Shown here piece after piece: positions 9,976 to 23,228 of a stretch of DNA of 64,000 nt. Origin of the DNA: Squalus acanthias (lineage: Eukaryota); assembly GCA_030390025.1 (NCBI GenBank), contig CM059438.1:54996001-55060000 (forward strand), written 5' to 3'. Under the pieces are notes generated by a model, which was not told the DNA's origin, made no database searches, and saw only the letters and a list, made by a program, of their open reading frames with translations. How positions within the stretch are numbered: position 1 is the first letter of the stretch; each line of letters opens with the position of its first letter. The position numbers were made by a program, and so were the translations under genes.

Positions 9976-11714
9976 TGTTCCGGAAGGAGTAAAGGTCAAA
10001 AGCAGAGCGAGGCCGGCCTGCGAGTGATGTGACAGCGGGGCTCTGATCCACCTACTCCTGCTCCTGTTTCTTATGTTAGTAATCGGTTAGTGATGGCCGA
10101 AAGCGCTTCCTGTCCAGGGGCAAAGGTAAGCGAGGGGTTGGGGGGGGCGGGAAAAAAATAGCAACTCGTGAGTTCTTATCAGATTGCATGATTTTTAAGA
10201 GTTTCTCTCGTGATTTATGAGATGGTGGGGTTGGCATTACTGAAGATTCCTGTTGCTGATTGCTATCCAGTGACTTCTGCTGCAGAATGCATGTGTGTGG
10301 ACATCAGGTGATGACAGAATTGGCTTTGTTGTGCTGTCCTCCATGGTCGAATAGCTCCTGACACTAACTGAGGCTGACATGTGAAGAATGACTCTTTATA
10401 TGAGGTGGTGAAAAGCTGCAGTCAATCATGGAAAGGTGCTGGCTCAATACAGTTTCACTGACAGCAACATCTTTCGATACCCTACACCAGCCGACATTTT
10501 CTACGTGAGTGTTTAAATATTTAACTGTGGAGCATGACAGTAAAGCTTGATCCTATCCTTACCTGTGTCCACACTAGTACACTTGGGCATTGATCAGGAG
10601 TGCTGGCTGATTTCCCTCCTCCCTTGCCATATCACTGAGGCCAATTGTAGCACCATTATTGCTAACGCCGCACAGACCAGGGATTAGACCATACTGGTGT
10701 GTATGACCCAGTACCTCACTGAATTATCAAGGGCCTTTAAACCTGACAATTGAGTTATTCCAGCAGACGCATGCTGCAGTTTTACGGAGGCTGTTGAATA
10801 TTTCTAGACAGATACTTGAAACAAATGTTGTATTCTGGGACCTTGGCCATAAATTCCTGAAATAGAAAATAAAACAGGCAGTTTAATCTGCAAACTCCAC
10901 TCATTGTGCACCATGTTGGCTGCAGGAGTACGTTTGTATCTCTGCAACACAAATGTTTGTGAGCAGCTTTCATATCTTTAGGAAAAAAAACAGATTATGA
11001 TTTTTTTTGGTGCATTCTTCCTCTTTCCTAATAGGAATTCATCAACTTTTTAAAACCCTACCATGGTTTCTGTTCCATCATCCCCGATGCTAATCTGCTT
11101 TACAATTCTATCACCCTCTTACTAAAAAACAGTTGCTTGAATTTCGATACCCTGGACCTTTAAACTGTGTCTCCCTGTCCTTGAATCCTGTGCTCAACAG
11201 AACCACTTCCCTGGACTCAAATCCTCTTAAAGACCTTTATCAAATCCCCCTCATTTTCTTCTGCAGAAAGTAAAGGCGAGATGATAAATGAGAACAACAC
11301 CAGCTACACACTGGTGCTAGAGGGATTTTACTGCACATTTGGCCCTTTGTGTTTTGCCAACTCTCTGAAAGAGCTATCCACTTAGTCCCATTCCCCTGCC
11401 CTTTCTCCATTTCTGTTTAATGCTTTTCTTTTTCAAACATTTATTAGTTCCCTTTTAAAAGTTATTCTGGATTCTGCTTCCGCCACTGTCGGTCATTCCA
11501 TGTCCTAACAACCTTTTTGTAAAACATTTCTCCTAACCTCTCCCTTCACTCTTTCAGTGATGATCTTAAATATATTCATTCCCTCTGTTGCTGACTCACT
11601 GACCAGTGGAAATATTTTTTCCCTATTTAATTTATCAAACCCGCTCATAAATTTGAACACCTCTATTAGATCTCTTAATTTTCTTTGTTCTAATGAAAAG
11701 AGGCCATTAAAAAA

Positions 11715-12102
11715 AACTTGCATTTGTATAGCGCCTTTCACGACCACCGGACGTTCCAAAGTGTTTTACAACTAGAGGTACTTTTTGGAGTGTAGTCACT
11801 GTTGTAATGTAGGAAACGTGGCAGCCAATTTGTGCACAGCAAGCTCCCACAAACAGCAATGTGATAATGACCAGATACTCTGTTTTTAGTGATGTTGATT
11901 GAGGGATAAATATTGGCCAGGACACCAGGGATAACTCTCCTGCTGTTCTTCAAAATAGTGCCATGGGATCTTTTACGTCCAACTGAGAGAGCAGACGGGG
12001 CCTCGGTTTAACGTCTCATCCGAAAGTCGGCACCTCGGATAGTACAGCATTCCCTCAGTACTGCACTGGAGTGTCAGCCTAGATTTTTGTGCTCCAATCT
12101 CT
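11715..12102 (-). mobile_element. SacSINE1-like Deu-domain SINE, inserted in an old CR1 fragment (about 11340-12150)
   Basis: Reverse complement of the copy at 24917-25388 (ctttcggatgagacgttaaaccgaggccc Deu-like core; L2-like tail). Confidence 0.8.
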
Positions 12103-12699
12103 CCTCATGACTAAAGCTTCCCAACCTGGGATCATCTTAGTTAATCTCTTCTGAGGTTATTGCTGATAATTGTGAGCAAACCAGTGACTGTCCATCTCTC
12201 CTACGAGCGCCTCTTCACTTCCGACCGCCACCGCTCTCACATGGAAATATTTCAAATGCTCGCGAACGTGCTGCTAATGACTGACGTGATCCTCATTGAC
12301 ATCTCGTCAATGAATCAATGAAAAGTTAGGGATTTATTTCTTGAAATTTTTTTTGCTATAAAACCTTTCCTGTGGGCATGAGTGGGGGCAAAAGAAAATA
12401 AACAGATTTGGCTACGGCAGCTGAGACGGTAGGAAAATATCTGCTTCGAAATATAGAACATCTAAAGAAGCCGGCCAGGGTCTTTGGACTAGTCTGGAGT
12501 TATAACACCTGCTATGATTTTAAATTGATGTCTTGATCTGGGGACTTTACTGTGAAATAAAGCCAGCTGCTGCTCATCTGTAAAGGGGAGAGCAGTTAGC
12601 CTTCCGTGAGAGGCCCTTGGCCCTTGCACTATACAGTTGAAGGTTTTGAACATTTATTGCACAAGAAAGCTTCAAACATGAGAAAGCAGGCACATCCAT

Positions 12700-12862
12700 C
12701 TCACTGATATCGGTAAGTAAATACCTGCATTATTAAAACACTTTTTAGGTGCAGCACTTACATATTATGAGTATTGTATAGTATTATAATTTAGATGGAT
12801 GTCTGTGATTACTAATCCATGTGAAAAGGGGTCCTACAACCAAAAAGGTTTGAGAACCACTG
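12700..12862. mobile_element. hAT-Charlie-like right end
   Basis: Ends in aaaaaggtttgagaaccactg, the reverse complement of the cagtggttctcaaac TIR. No left TIR was found. Confidence 0.45.
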
Positions 12863-13329
12863 GCCTAAACAATGATTTGTATAGATTTAGCATTGCCTCT
12901 TTACTTTTGTATTCTCTATGCCTGCTTATAAACCTAGGATCTTAAATGCTCTTTTTAACATGTCAATTAGGTGCAGTATTTCCTCCTAACTCATGGGCAC
13001 AGAGTACAAGAGTAAAGAGGTAATGATAAATTTGTACAAGGCAATGGTTAGGCAACAGAGTACTATGTTCAGTTTTGGATGCCTCATAGAAAGGAAATTA
13101 AGGCCATAGAGAGCATACAGGGTTGATTCACCAGGATGATGGTAGGGCTGAGAAGCTATCGTTAGGAGGAGATGCTGGGTCCTATTCCCACATGAGAAGT
13201 GCAGGCTAAGAGGAGATTTAATGGAGGTTTTCTGCTTTAGGGTTCAACCTCACTTGTGGTTCTTAACTACTGTATATTTTTGTAAGCTTTAGTATTTATG
13301 GGTGTTCTCTGCTGGCTGTCTGCTCTGTG

Positions 13330-14310
13330 TACTAATATCCCACTTTAATTAGTTCAAATCCTCCTCAGTAGCTGCCTCAATGTTCCTCGATAATCATGGT
13401 CTTGGATGTACTCCATGAGTTAGATTTATTGAAAACAATTGTTGATAATTTGCTGGTATTCCTCTTGAGCTGCTGGTGATGGAGGGCCTGTTCCTTCATC
13501 CTCCTCACTGCACCTTGACGGGCTAATCCTTGCTGAATGGCATAATTGTGCAACATGCAGCAGGCCAGAATTATTCTCAAGACCCTTGCTGGGCTTTATT
13601 GTGGGGCTCCCTCAGATCTGTCAGGGCACCTGAAACAAGACTTCAAGATTCCAGTGGTCTGCAGTGTAACAAGTTGAGTTCCTTCAATTATACCTGTTGG
13701 TCCCTGCTGAGGCTGGATGTCTTGGAGATGTCATCAGCCAATACTGCAGGGAGTATCCCTGATCTTCAACTAACCTGATGCAGTTTTCTGGCTCATCAAT
13801 GCAGCTATGGTTGATTGCTGAAGTAGGTAGCATGCATTCACATGTAAAATTACATTGATCGAATAGAACCCCTTACTGTTGAGGGGGGTTTTCATATGGG
13901 CTTTCAGTGACACATGAGTACCATCAATGACAATCTGTACCTGTGCAAATCTTGCTAGTTTATAAAAGTTGACCACTCTGCTTTGCAGGGTCCATTGAGA
14001 AAGTGATGAATTGAGACTCTACCCTGAAGAGAGCATCTGTGACCTTAATACAGTGGTGCACAGCCATTTGACTGATGTGACTGAAGTCACCCAAAGCAAC
14101 CTGAAGGCATAAAAATTCAGGTCTGTGGTCACTTCAACAGCCACTGACAAGGCTGTGCTCTCCTTGTTGAGGTGTGCTGCAAGTCTGCGGTTGGCATAAC
14201 TCCCCAACAACATCCAGTGGGAGCATTGTCATCTAACGCAATGCCTTTGTAAGGAGATAAGCTATTACCGCTGAGGTCAGTATGGAAAGGGTATCTATGG
14301 ATCTACTGTA
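13330..14310 (-). pseudogene. PIF/Harbinger DDE transposase (HARBI1-like) relic
   Basis: Fragments ALSVAVEVTTDLNFYA, IDGTHVSLK, NSKGFYSINV and RIILACCMLHN occur in the expected order on the minus strand, with frameshifts. Confidence 0.85.
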
Positions 14311-14940
14311 AAAACAACATGCAATTTATATAGCGCTTTTAACATAGTAAAACGTCCCAAGGCGCTTCACAGGAGCATTATCAAACAAAATTTGACACCG
14401 AGCAGCATGAGGAGATATTAGGACAGATGTAGATTTTAAGGAGCATCTTAAAGGAGGAAAGAGAGGTGGAGAGGTTTAGGGAGGGAATTCCAGAGCTTAG
14501 GGCCTAAGCAGCTGAAGGCATGGCCACCAATGGTGGGGCAATTAAAATTGTGGATGCACAAGAGGCCAGAATTGGAGGAGCGCAGAGATCTAGGGCGGTT
14601 GTGGGGCAGGAGGAAGTTACAGAGACGGGGAGGGGTGAGGGCATGGAGGGATTTGAAAACAAGGATAAGAATTTTAAAATTGAGGTGTTGCCAGACCGGG
14701 AGCCAATGTAGATGTGTGAACAGGACTTGGTGCGAGTTAGGATACAGGCAGCAAAGTTTTGGATGAGCTCAAGTTTATGTAGGGTGAAAGATGGAGAGGC
14801 TGGCCAGGAGAGCGTTGGAATAGTCAAGTCTAGAGGTAACAAAGGCATGGATGAGGGTTTCAGCAACAGATGAGCTGAGGCGGGGCGGAGTTGGGCAGTG
14901 TTACGGAGGTGGAAGTAGGCGGTCTTGGTGATGGAGCGGA

Positions 14941-16580
14941 TAAGAGCATAAGACGTAGGAGCAGGAGTAGGTCATTCGGCCCCTCGAGCCTGCTCCGCCA
15001 TTCAATAAGATTATGGCTGATCTGATCTTGGCCTCAACTCCACTTCCCTGCCCGCTCCCCATAACCCTTGACTCCCTTACCATTCAAAAATCTGTCTATC
15101 TCCACCTTAAATATATTCAATGACCCAGCCTCCACAGCTCTTTGGGGAAGAGAATTACAAAGATTCACGACCCTCAGAGAGAAGAAATTCCTCCTCATTT
15201 CCGTTTTAAATGGGTGCCCCCTTATTCTGAAGTTATGCCCCCTAGTTCTAGATTCCCCCACGAGGGGAAACATCCTCTCTGCATCTACCCTGTCAAGCCC
15301 CTTCAGAATCTTATATGTTTCAATACGATCCCCTCTCATTCTTCCAAACTCCAATGAGTATTGGCCCAACCTGCTCAACCTTTCTTCATAAGACAATCCC
15401 ATCATCTCCGGAATCAACCTCGTGAACCTTCTCTGAACTGCCTCAAATGCAAGTATATCCTTCCTTAAATAAGGAGACCAAAACTGTATGCAGAACTCCA
15501 GGTGTGGTCTCACCAGCACCCTGTACAGTTGTAATAGGACTTCCCTACTTTTATACTCCATTCCCTTTGCAATAAAGGCCAACATTCCATTTGCCTTCCT
15601 AATTACTTGCTGTACCTGCATGCTAACTTTTTGTGATTCATGTACAAGGATCCCTCTGTACCTCAGCATTTTGTAATCTCTCACCATTTAAATAATAATT
15701 TGCTTTTTTATTTTTCCTACCAAAGTGGATAACCTCGCATTTTCCCACATTATACTCCATCTGCCAGATTTTTGCCCACTCATTTAGCCTATCTATATTC
15801 CTTTGGAGATTCTTTGCGTCCTCCACACAATTTGCTTTCCCACCTATCTTTGTATCATCAGCAAATTTGGCTACATTACACTCGGTCCCTTCATCCAAGT
15901 CATTAATATAGATTGTAAATAGTTGAGGCCCCAGCACTGATCCCTGCGGCACCCCACTAGTTACAGTTTGCCAACCTGAAAATGACCCATTTATCCCGAC
16001 TCTGTTTTCTGTTAGTTAGCCAATCCTCTATCCATGCTAATATATTACCCCCAACCCCGTGAGCTCTTATCTTGTGCAGTAACCTTTTATGTGGCACCTT
16101 ATCGAATGCCTTCTGGAAATCCAAATACACTGCATCTACTGGTTCCCCTTTATCCACCCTGCTCGTTACATCCTCAAAGAACTCCAGCAAATTTGTCAAA
16201 CATGATTTCCCTTTCATAAAACCATGCTGACTCTGCTTGACTATATTATGTGAGAAGTCGCACAACACCAGGTTATAGTCCAACAGCTTTATTTGAAATC
16301 ACAAGCTTTCGGAGCGATTTTCTAAATATCCTGCTACTACTTCCTTAATGATGGACTCTGGCATTTTCCCAATGACAGATGTTAGGCTATAGTTGCCTGC
16401 TTTCTGTCTACCTCCTTTCTTAAATAGGGGCGTTACATTTGCGGTTTTCAGTCCGCTGGGACCTCTCCAGAATCCAGGGAATTTTGGTAGATTACAACCA
16501 ATTCATCCACTATCTCTGCAGCCACCTCTTTTAAGACCCGAAGATGCAGGCCATCGGGTCCAGGGGACTTGTCCACCTTT
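14941..16580 (-). mobile_element. CR1 LINE, 5'-truncated
   Basis: PQGSVLGP, KFADDTK and YLDFQKAFDKVPH motifs; (cataagaa)n-type tail at 14941. Confidence 0.95.
16251..16315 (-). mobile_element. Short fragment of a second Penelope-type terminal repeat inside CR1
   Basis: cacaacaccaggttatagtccaacagctttatttgaaatcacaagctttcggagc interrupts the CR1 ORF2. The minus strand reads gctccGAAAgcuu, the 3' half of a hammerhead motif. Confidence 0.5.
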
Positions 16581-16869
16581 AGTGGTCAGAAGCTCATCTC
16601 AGGGTCAAATACGACACCAAGGTTGCAAACAGTCTGGTTCAGCCTCAGACAGTTGCCAGGGAGAGGGATAGAGTTGTTGACTGGGGAACAGAGTTTGTGG
16701 CGAGGGACCGAAGACAATGGCTTCGATCTTCCCAATATTTAATTGGAGGAAATTTCTGCTCATCCAGTACTGGATGTTGGACAAGCAGGGTGACAAGTTT
16801 GAGGCAGTGGAGTGATCGAGAGAAGTGATGAGGTAGAGCTGTGTGTCGTCAGCGTACATGTGGAACCTG

Positions 16870-18984
16870 ACATAAGAACATAAGAAATAGGAGCAGGAAT
16901 AGGCCACTTGGACCCTCGAGCCTGCTCCGCCATTCAATAAGATCATGGCTGATCTTGGGCTCAAAGCCACTTCCCCGCCCGCTCCCCATAACCCTTCACT
17001 CCCATATCTTGCAAAAATCTGTCTATCTCCAACTTAAATGTATTTAATGACCCAGCCTCCACAGCTCTCTGGGGCAGAGAATTCCACAGATTTACGATCC
17101 TCTGAGAGAAGAAATTCCTCCTCATCTCAGTTCTAAAAGGGCGACCCTTTATTCTGAAACTGTGCCCCCGAGTTCTAGATTTCCCCATGAGGGGAAACAT
17201 CCTCTCTGCATCTACCTTGTCGAGCCCCCTCAGTATCTTATATGTTTCAATAAAATCACCTCTCATTCTTCTAAATTCCAATGAGTATAGGCCCAGCCTG
17301 CTCAACCTTTCCGCATAAGTCAACCCCCTCATCTCTGGAATTAACCTAGTGAACCTTCTCTGAACTGCCTCCAATGCAAGTATATCCTTCCTTAAATAAG
17401 GAGACGAAAACTGTACACAGTACTCAAGTTGTGGTCTCACCAATACCCTGTACAGTTGTAGCAGGACTTCCCTGCTTTTATACTCCAACCCCTTTGAAAT
17501 AAAGGCCAACATTCCATTTGCCTTTTTGATTACTTGCAGTACCTGCATGCTAACTTTTTGTGTGTCATGCACAAGGACCCCCAGGTCCCTCTGAACTCTA
17601 GCATTTTGTAATCTCTCTCCATTTAAATAATTGCTTTTATATTTTTCCTGCCAAAGTGTATAACCTCGCACTTTCCCACATTATACTCCATCTGCCAAAT
17701 GTTTGCCCACTCACTTAGCCTGTCTATATCCCTTTGCAGGTTCTTTGAGTGCTCTGTACAACTTGCTTTCTCACCCATCTTTGTATCATCCGCAAACTTG
17801 GCTACATTACACTCGGTCCCTTCATCCAAGTCATAATGTAGATTGTAAATAGTTGAGGCCCCAGCACCGATCCCTGTGGCACCCCACTAGTTACTGTTTG
17901 CCAATCGAAAATGACCCATTTATCCCGACTCTCTGCTTTCTGTTCGTTAGCCAATTCTCTATCCATGCTAATATATTACTCCCAATTCAGTGAGCTCTTA
18001 TCTTATGCAGTAACCTTTTATGTGGCACCTTATCGAATGCCTTCTGGAAATCCAAATACACCACATCCACTGGTTCACCTTTGTCCACCCTGCTCATTAC
18101 CTCCTCAAAGAACTCCAGCAAATTTGTTAAACATGATTTCACTTTCATAAAACCATGCTGACTCTGCTTGACTGCATTATGATTTTCCAAATGCCCTGCT
18201 ACTGCTTCCTTAATGAAGGACTCCAGCACTTTCCCAACGACAGATGTTAGGCTAACTGGTCTATAGTTTCCTGCTTTCTGGCTCCCTCCTTTCTTAAATA
18301 GGGGTGTTACATTTGCGGTTTTCCAATCTGCTGGGACCTCTCCAGAGTCCAGGGAATTTTGGTATATTGCAACCAATGCATCCTCCATCTCTGCAGCCAC
18401 TTCTGTTAAGACCCTGGGATGCAGGACATCTGGTCCAGGGGACTTGTCATCTTTCAGTCCCATTATTTTACCAAATACTATTTCCTTAGTGATAGTGATT
18501 GTCTTTAGTTCCCCCCTCCCTGTGGCCCCTTGATTATCCATTATTGGTATGTTGTTAGTGTCTTCTACCATGAAGACAGATACAAAATGTTTGTTCAGAG
18601 TTTCTGCTATTTCCCCGTTCCCCATTATTAATTCCCCAGTCTCGTCCTCTAAGGGACCAACGTTTACTTTAGCTACCCTCTTCCTTTTTATATACCTGTA
18701 GAAGCTCTTACTATCTGTTTTAATGTTTCTTGCCAGTTTACTCTCATAATTCATCTTCTCTCTCATTATTTTTTTAGTCATCCTTTGCTGGTTTTTAAAA
18801 ATTTCCCAATCCTCTGGTCTCCCAACAATCTTGGCAACATTGTATGTCTTCGTTATCAATTTGATACCAAACTTTACTTCCTTAGTTAGCCACGGATGGT
18901 GCTCCCTTCTCTTAAAATCTTTCTTTTTCACTGGAATATATTTTTGTTGAGAGTTATGAAATATCTCCTTAAATGTCCCCACTG
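16870..18984 (-). mobile_element. CR1 LINE, 5'-truncated
   Basis: ORFs 17987-19006, 17623-17829 and 16961-17671 give a continuous CR1 ORF2 with frameshifts. Confidence 0.95.
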
Positions 18985-20177
18985 ACGTGTTTACAGATGA
19001 TGTCACCGAGGTGCCGCATGTAGATGAGAAATAGGAGGGGCCAAGGATAGATCCTAGGGGGACACCAGAGCTAACGGTGCGGGAGCAGGAAGAGAAGCAG
19101 TTGCAGGTGATTCTCTAGATAAGAATGAAACCAGGCGAGTGCAGTCCCACCCAGCTGGATGACGGAGGAGAGGCATTGGAGGAGGTTGGTGTGGTCAACC
19201 GTGTCAAAGGCTGCAGACAATTAGAGAACGAGGAGGGATAGTTTACCACGGTCACAGTCACATAGGATATAATTTGTGACGTTGATAAGGGCCGTTTGAG
19301 TACTGTAGCAGGGCGGAAACCTGATTGGAGGGTTTCAAACATGGAGTTCCGGAAAAGATGGGCACAGATTTGAGAGGCGACAGCACGTTCAAGGACTTGA
19401 GAGAAAAGGGAGGTTGGAGATGGGGTGGTAGTTCACAATGTCACATTTGTTGTGGTGTTGTTTCCTGGTGTCGGTACGCAGGCAGAAACAGCGTCAAATA
19501 GTGGGCTACAGTAAACCATATACACCTGCCCTCATTTACATGCAGCGAGGCGGTCCCAGGGAGGGTGGCCAATGTCACTAGTGGGTTCCTGGGAGCAAGA
19601 GCCTGACGGGCAGTTTTTGGAGCGGAGTTGCAGTAGAATGATTCCCACCCCCACTTTCTTCATTAACTTCTACAAAACCAACTGAAAATAGGGGGGGTAT
19701 CGGCAAGGAAAATCGAAGCCAAAGTTTTCACCCAGAATTCCAGTATGGGTGCATGGTTTGTTATTTTCAGGTTGTGAGGAAATAGATGAATTTCACCAAA
19801 AGAATATTCTGTTGATTGATATATCTCATACATATAATAAACTAGTTGGCCTTGTGTCACGAGAGTGCTTTTCAGTCTACCTTCTGAAAGATAAGAGGAC
19901 GCACGCGGTGGCACGATCAAGATCATAGTAACCAGTGCACACAGCGAGGAGTCACAATTGCTGGGTTATGCTAATATTTAGCTAGATATTGAGCTGTAAA
20001 GGGGATCTCTCGTTTGTAGGGGAGGTCCACTAATGGGAGTGACCAGTGATGCTGAGCCCGAGGGAATATCTAGTGCAGACCCAAGATTTATAACACTTGC
20101 CTATTGCTCAGATCTGACCTGATACTATTGAACGCATGCTAGCTCTGTATAATCACACCCTGTCCTTCCAGATATGT

Positions 20178-20590
20178 TAGTCATGGCTCAATGGTAGCAG
20201 TCAGAGTTCGAAGGTTGTGGGTTCAAGCCCCACTCCAGAGATTTGAACACAGAATCTCGGCTGACACTTCAGTGCTGCACTGTCAGGCGTTGTCTCTTGG
20301 ATGATGTTAAACTGAGGCCCTGTCTGCCCTCTCAGTTGTTTGGTGAAGATCCCATGGCACTATCAAAAGAGGAGCAGGGCATTTCTTCGGGTGTCTTGCC
20401 CAACATTTAACTCTCAACCAGCACCACTAAAAATAGATTATTTGTTCATTTATTTCACTGCAATTTGTAGGACCTTGTGTGCAAATTGGCCTCTCTAGTT
20501 GCCTACAGTGTCTACACTTCAAAAGTACTTCATTGGGTGCAAAACAATTTGGAATGTCCTAAAGATATGAAAGGTATATAAATGCAAAAA
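20178..20590 (+). mobile_element. SacSINE1-like SINE, diverged
   Basis: tRNA-like head (tggctcaatggtag...ggttcaagccc), Deu-like core and L2-like tail; aligns with 24917-25388. Confidence 0.75.
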
Positions 20591-22253
20591 TTATTTTTCT
20601 TTCATATGATCTCTTATACCATCCCTCGTCAAAGTCTTGAACACTTTCCTCACAATCGAGGATAGGCGGATATGCCTGTAATTTAAAAGTTCATCCTTTG
20701 CCCTTTCTTAACAAAATGGGAGTCACATTTGCTACTTCAGTCCTTTGGGACGTGAATTTCATTGCACTCTGAAAGATAGCAGATGAGAGGATTTGTCGTC
20801 TCTTCATACAACTCAACCTGCACTCTTGATCGAAGCTGTCAGGGCCTGGACCCTCGTGTACCTTCAGCCTACTAATCCTCTTTGAACTGCCTTTGTGATG
20901 TTAAAGGTTTTCAGTCTGCTCTTATACTCCCCTGATTCAGGCATCTCTCCCCATTTCAGTATAAGAGCAGACTTCTATTTCAAAGAATGTTATATTTACA
21001 ATAGTCTTTCCATTTGCCCAATTTTATTTTGGAACAAAGCATGCATCTTTGCTAACATATATCATAAAAGCATCCGTTTAATGACAGCAAAGTTTGCAGA
21101 AGCATCAGCATTGCAGCTAAATATGAAATGTACCCAGGCAGGCCTTTTACTGGCTGATTAGGAGCCTGATTTAAACAGTTTCACTAAATGTAAAAGTAAT
21201 TACAGTTTTGCCTTTGGCCACTCTAATGTAGCTGGTGCACCATATTTTAACTAAAAATAACATTTGAGTCAGGTCAGGAGGCAGTTACAGAAGTATTCAT
21301 GTGTTTGCTTTCTGTGACACACTGGCCTTTTATTGATTAGTATTTTTGATAATTTTAACCTAAAATTGATTACTCGTAACGTGGGCACTCTCCACTGGCA
21401 TTTCCCCCCCCCACCCAGTGGCCATATTGGTAAATGCCCAAAAAAAAGCGACTTGTAGATGAAGTGATCTGCAAAATTATACAATAAACACATATTTAAA
21501 AAATTCCATTCTGAAGAATAAATTTATCCAGACAAAAGTGATCAGCTGATAATGTCACAACCAGTCCCTAGTCCCTCTAGCATGTGCAATAAGTGTGTAT
21601 GAGTTTGCAGCCCTGTTTGTCATTTTATTGCAGGTGAGTTTACTGGGATTGTTTTGCTGCTGCTATGAGGGCTGCACCTTTCCCACTGCCATCTTCAGAA
21701 AGCACAAACGTCACGTGACACTTTGGAGCCAGGTCCTTCACTGTGTCCTCCAAGATTGTAGAAAAACTGAAAGAGAAGTAAATTATTGTAAGTAAAACAT
21801 GAACATTTTTCTCTGAGCAAGCAATGGGGAAGGGGGGTTGAAATGCGTTTGTGAGCTATTTTAATGAAGTCGGGGTTAACAACTTTCATAAGATAGTGCA
21901 CAGGACAGTGTCAGTTGCTGTGTTAAAAGTAACGTGTGCAGAAATATTCTGAATACTTTAAATGATATCACTTTTTTTTCAATTCGCTCCCCTCCCCAGA
22001 GAATTTTTTTGTGTTGTACCAAGACAGGTAAAAATCACTGCTAGGAATGGATCATTTCTCCAATTTGCTCATTCAGCAGGGAAATACCTCTTAATGCAAA
22101 CCAACAAAATGTCTGTTTTTCTCTAATTACAAACCAGCTAACAAGATCGCATTCTCAGATAGCAAACTGAATTTTGTTAATATGTCATTATGAATAAATT
22201 CATACTTTTTCCTGGTGCCTGTTCAACAACAAAACCACCGAGTATCAATCTCA

Positions 22254-22625
22254 GGGTTAGATACAGAGTAAATCTCCCTCTACACTGTCCCATCAAACAC
22301 TCCCAGGGCAGGTACAGCACGGGTTAGATACAGAGTAAAGCTCCCTCTACACTGTCCCATCAAACACTCCCAGGGCAGGTACAGCACGGGTTAGGTACAG
22401 AGTAAAGCTCCCTCTACACTGTCCCATCAAACACTCCCAGGGCAGGTACAGCACGGGTTAGATACAGAGTAAAGCTCCCTCTACACTGTCCCATCAAACA
22501 CTCCCAGGGCAGGTACAGCACGGGTTAGGTACAGAGTAAAGCTCCCTCTACACTGTCCCATCAAACACTCCCAGGGCAGGTACAGCACGGGTTAGATACA
22601 GAGGAAAGCTCCTTCTACGCTGTCC
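22254..22625. repeat. 67-bp tandem repeat, about 5.5 copies
   Basis: Unit gggttagatacagagtaaagctccctctacactgtcccatcaaacactcccagggcaggtacagcac starts at 22254, 22321, 22388, 22455, 22522 and 22589. Confidence 0.95.
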
Positions 22626-23228
22626 CCCGCAAGCAATCCTTAACCTTTAGTCTCAAAGAAGTATTGGCCCGTAATTTCCGATAGGAGGCTTCCTGCGTGC
22701 CTCCTATTGGAAAAAAATCTACGCTCTTACCTGAGGGCTCCCGAGGTCCGGACACTTCCGATGCTGGGCCTCTCCACAGTCGAAATGCGCAGGGCCCACG
22801 TATCCCAGGGGCGCATGCAGTTCGCAAGCGTCCCTGGGATCACGTGGGCCAAGCGAACCAATAGAAGGGAATCTCCCTTCATACTTTTGAGAGATATATC
22901 TGTCAAAACTATGAATGGGGATCACCCTGAAAACACATCAAAACATTAAATAATTTTTTTTTTTAAACCATCACGTTTTTAAAATGAGTTAAAATTACAT
23001 TAAATTAAATATTTTAAACAAAAATTTAATTTTTTGAAAAAAATAATTAAAGTTTTTTACGGGGCTAAAAATAAACTTACCTTTTTAAAAAGTATTTTTA
23101 AATTATAAATGAGTGGAAATTTTTTTTAAACTTTTTAAAACTCTTATGCAGGTAAAAGCAGGCCTTACGCCTGCTTTTACCAGGCATAAGATTTCTAAGG
23201 GTTTTCAGCGGGCGGAGGTTCTGCAGAA

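Larger units (their letters stand above)
8013..10242. mobile_element. hAT-like TIR element with heterogeneous cargo
   Basis: TIRs tagtattgccaac (8013-8025) and gttggcattactg (10230-10242) match at 11/13. Subterminal tcgtga/tcacg motifs are present. The TSD is only degenerate (aagaat / aagatt). Confidence 0.5.
7878..10420 (+). mobile_element. SINE (two halves, 7878-8012 and 10243-10420) interrupted by a 2.2-kb insertion
   Basis: The 5' half (...ctacaattgg...gagaaaaatc) and 3' half (ttcctgttgctgattgctatccagtgac...gtgaagaatg) correspond to the same family seen at about 5780-5920 (+), 7475-7575 (-) and 10520-10720 (-). Confidence 0.55.
14312..19435 (-). mobile_element. L2 LINE in three pieces (14312-14940, 16581-16870, 18985-19435), split by two CR1 insertions
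   Basis: L2 tail at 14312; HMYADDTQLY...WMSRNFLQLN at 16605-16870; FETLQSGFRP at about 19340. The pieces are collinear across both insertions. Confidence 0.85.

Noticed and set aside
20046..20120. Box C/D snoRNA
   Set aside because: The C box is imperfect (gtgatgc), there is no convincing terminal stem, and no guide was recognised.
22254..22625. CRISPR array (67-bp period)
   Set aside because: The whole unit is repeated, so there are no variable spacers.
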